Below, one piece after another: positions 62,181 to 64,000 of a DNA stretch of 64,000 nt; positions within the stretch are counted from its first letter, which is position 1; each line of letters starts with the position of its first letter. The stretch comes from Syntrophomonadaceae bacterium. GTDB lineage: Bacteria; Bacillota; Dethiobacteria; DTU022. Location of the stretch: assembly GCA_007119965.1 (NCBI GenBank), contig SKOR01000038.1:22226-86225 (forward strand), written 5' to 3'. Below the pieces are notes generated by a model that saw nothing but the letters and a program-made list of their open reading frames with translations, had not been told where the DNA came from and made no database searches. Both the position numbers and the translations under genes were made by a program.

Positions 62181-63458
62181 ATGATGAATAAAAAAAACGG
62201 ATCGACAATGGTGGAAAAAATCCTGGCTTCCAGGGCAGGCAATGAAAAAGCGTCCCCGGGGAATCTGGTTAATGTTCCGGTAGACCTGGCATTGGGTAAT
62301 GATATTACTGCTCCCGTAGCAATCAAAGAATTTAAACGCTTTGGGCTGGCTCGGGTTTTCGATCCTGAAAAAATTGTTCTTGTCCCCGATCACTTTACGC
62401 CCAATAAAGATATAGCGGCGGCAGAGCAGGCCCTCGTCCTGCGCCGTTTTGCCGCACAATACGGGATAAAGCATTATTATGAGGTCGGCAGAATGGGTAT
62501 CGAGCATGCCCTGCTGCCGGAGCAGGGGCTGATCAGGCCCGGGATGGTTATCATCGGTGCAGATTCCCATACCTGTACTTACGGCGCATTAGGCGCTTTT
62601 GCCACCGGCGTCGGCAGTACAGATCTCGCTGCAGCAATGGCCATCGGGGAGGCCTGGTTCAAAGTCCCCTTCACGCTGCGTTTTGAGTACAACGGCTCCC
62701 TTCCGGAATGGGTAAGCGGAAAAGATTTGATTTTATATACTATTGGACGTATCGGTGTTGACGGGGCCCGCTACCGGGCCATGGAATTTGCCGGTCCGGT
62801 CATTGAACAGCTTTCGATGGACGGCCGCCTGACCATGGCCAACATGGCTATTGAAGCCGGTGGTAAATGCGGTTATGTTCAGCCCGATAATATTACCTTT
62901 GAGTATCTCAAGGGACGGGTTGCCGAACCGTATACTGCTGTTTACAGCGATCCTGATGCTTCCTATGAGCAGATCTTTAGTTTTGACATAAGCAGCATTG
63001 AGCCGCAGATTGCTTTTCCCCCTTCTCCCGATAATGTCCATCCGGTTTCCAGGGCTGCCGGCATCAAGCTTGACCAGGTAGTAATCGGTTCCTGCACCAA
63101 CGGGCGGATTGAGGACCTGCGCATTGCTGCTTCCGTTATGAAAGGGAAAAAAGTTAACCCCGGGGTCAGGCTACTGGTGATACCCGCCACCCAGGAAATT
63201 TACCGCCAGGCGCTTCAGGAAGGCTTGCTGACAACTTTTATTGATGCCGAGGCGGCGGTCAGCACCCCCACCTGCGGGCCCTGCCTTGGAGGCCATATGG
63301 GAATCCTGGCCAAAGGCGAGAAAGCCCTTGCTACCACAAACCGGAACTTTATCGGCCGCATGGGCCATCCCGAAAGTGAAGTATACCTGTCCAACCCCGC
63401 AGTTGCCGCCGCTTCAGCCATCGCAGGGGCAATAGTTCACCCCGAGGAGGTTATTTAA
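62181..63458 (+). CDS. leuC: 3-isopropylmalate dehydratase large subunit (short LeuC/HacA type)
   Basis: PDH, GADSHTCT, IGSCTNGR, CGPCLG, TNRNF.GRMG. Confidence 0.93.
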   Translation: MMNKKNGSTMVEKILASRAGNEKASPGNLVNVPVDLALGNDITAPVAIKEFKRFGLARVFDPEKIVLVPDHFTPNKDIAAAEQALVLRRFAAQYGIKHYYEVGRMGIEHALLPEQGLIRPGMVIIGADSHTCTYGALGAFATGVGSTDLAAAMAIGEAWFKVPFTLRFEYNGSLPEWVSGKDLILYTIGRIGVDGARYRAMEFAGPVIEQLSMDGRLTMANMAIEAGGKCGYVQPDNITFEYLKGRVAEPYTAVYSDPDASYEQIFSFDISSIEPQIAFPPSPDNVHPVSRAAGIKLDQVVIGSCTNGRIEDLRIAASVMKGKKVNPGVRLLVIPATQEIYRQALQEGLLTTFIDAEAAVSTPTCGPCLGGHMGILAKGEKALATTNRNFIGRMGHPESEVYLSNPAVAAASAIAGAIVHPEEVI

Positions 63459-63961
63459 TGATCCTGGAAGGAAAAATATGGGTTTTTGGAGACAACATTG
63501 ACACCGATGCTATAATCGCAGCCCGATATTTAAGTACAGTAGACCCGCAGGAACTGGCCGGGCACCTGATGGAAGATATCAGGCCTGAATTCCCTCAACT
63601 TGTCGGCCCCGGGGATATCCTTGTTGCAGGCAGTAATTTTGGCTGTGGCAGTTCGCGTGAGCATGCCCCCCTGGCGATCAAGGGCGCCGGTATCTCCTGT
63701 GTGATCGCCCGTAGTTTTGCCCGTATATTTTACCGCAACTCCATCAATATCGGTCTGCCGATCCTGGAGTGTTCCGATGATCTTTCCGGCCTCAGGCCCG
63801 GTGAAGATAAACTGCAGGTTAACCTGGAACAGGGCCTGATTATTCACGTCCAAAGCGGGCGTGAATACCATGCCGCCCCCTTTCCTCCTTTCATGCAGGA
63901 GATTATCGGTCTCGGCGGGCTGGTTGAATATGTTAAAGCAAGGCTCGACAGCCGGGACTAA
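63458..63961 (+). CDS. leuD: 3-isopropylmalate dehydratase small subunit
   Basis: [30 protein letters not shown]. Confidence 0.93.
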   Translation: MILEGKIWVFGDNIDTDAIIAARYLSTVDPQELAGHLMEDIRPEFPQLVGPGDILVAGSNFGCGSSREHAPLAIKGAGISCVIARSFARIFYRNSINIGLPILECSDDLSGLRPGEDKLQVNLEQGLIIHVQSGREYHAAPFPPFMQEIIGLGGLVEYVKARLDSRD

Positions 63962-64000
63962 AGTTCTGTTTGCAATTTTATTGTGGTAGTGGTAGGGTGT

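Overview
Chromosomal replication-origin region of an anaerobic Bacillota (Firmicutes) bacterium; gene content resembles Clostridia/Dethiobacteria-like lineages, and Na+-coupled transporters plus very acidic surface proteins hint at a haloalkaliphile (inference). Left of dnaA almost all genes are on the minus strand: rpmH-rnpA-yidD-yidC-jag-mnmE-rsmG-noc-parA-parB, two parS sites, M23 peptidase-bactofilin, adk-DUF951-ychF, rpsF-ssb-rpsR-rplI-dnaB, a walRK-yycHI-murA-htrA cell-wall operon, rho-rpmE-prfA-prmC, tsaC-ywlE-rpiB-glyA-upp-dCMP deaminase and the start of an A/V-type ATPase operon. Right of dnaA most genes are on the plus strand: dnaN-recF-dciA-remB-gyrB, an inverted TAXI-TRAP cassette, gyrA, a biotin-less carboxyltransferase and a T-box-controlled ilvD-ilvB-ilvN-leuC-leuD operon. 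No mobile element, CRISPR array, tRNA or rRNA was seen, and I found no clear-cut novel multi-gene system. The best leads are unannotated cis-regulatory elements (a long structured leader of the walRK operon, a second structured leader after the ilv T-box, a 26-bp motif shared by two pyruvate-metabolism leaders, a possible gyrB pseudoknot, a set of sigma-H-like promoters, candidate Noc-binding sites) and deviations from canonical synteny (DciA, A/V-ATPase at the atp locus, missing mnmG/gdpP/ilvC/leuA, a degenerate YchF, walK without an obvious start codon).
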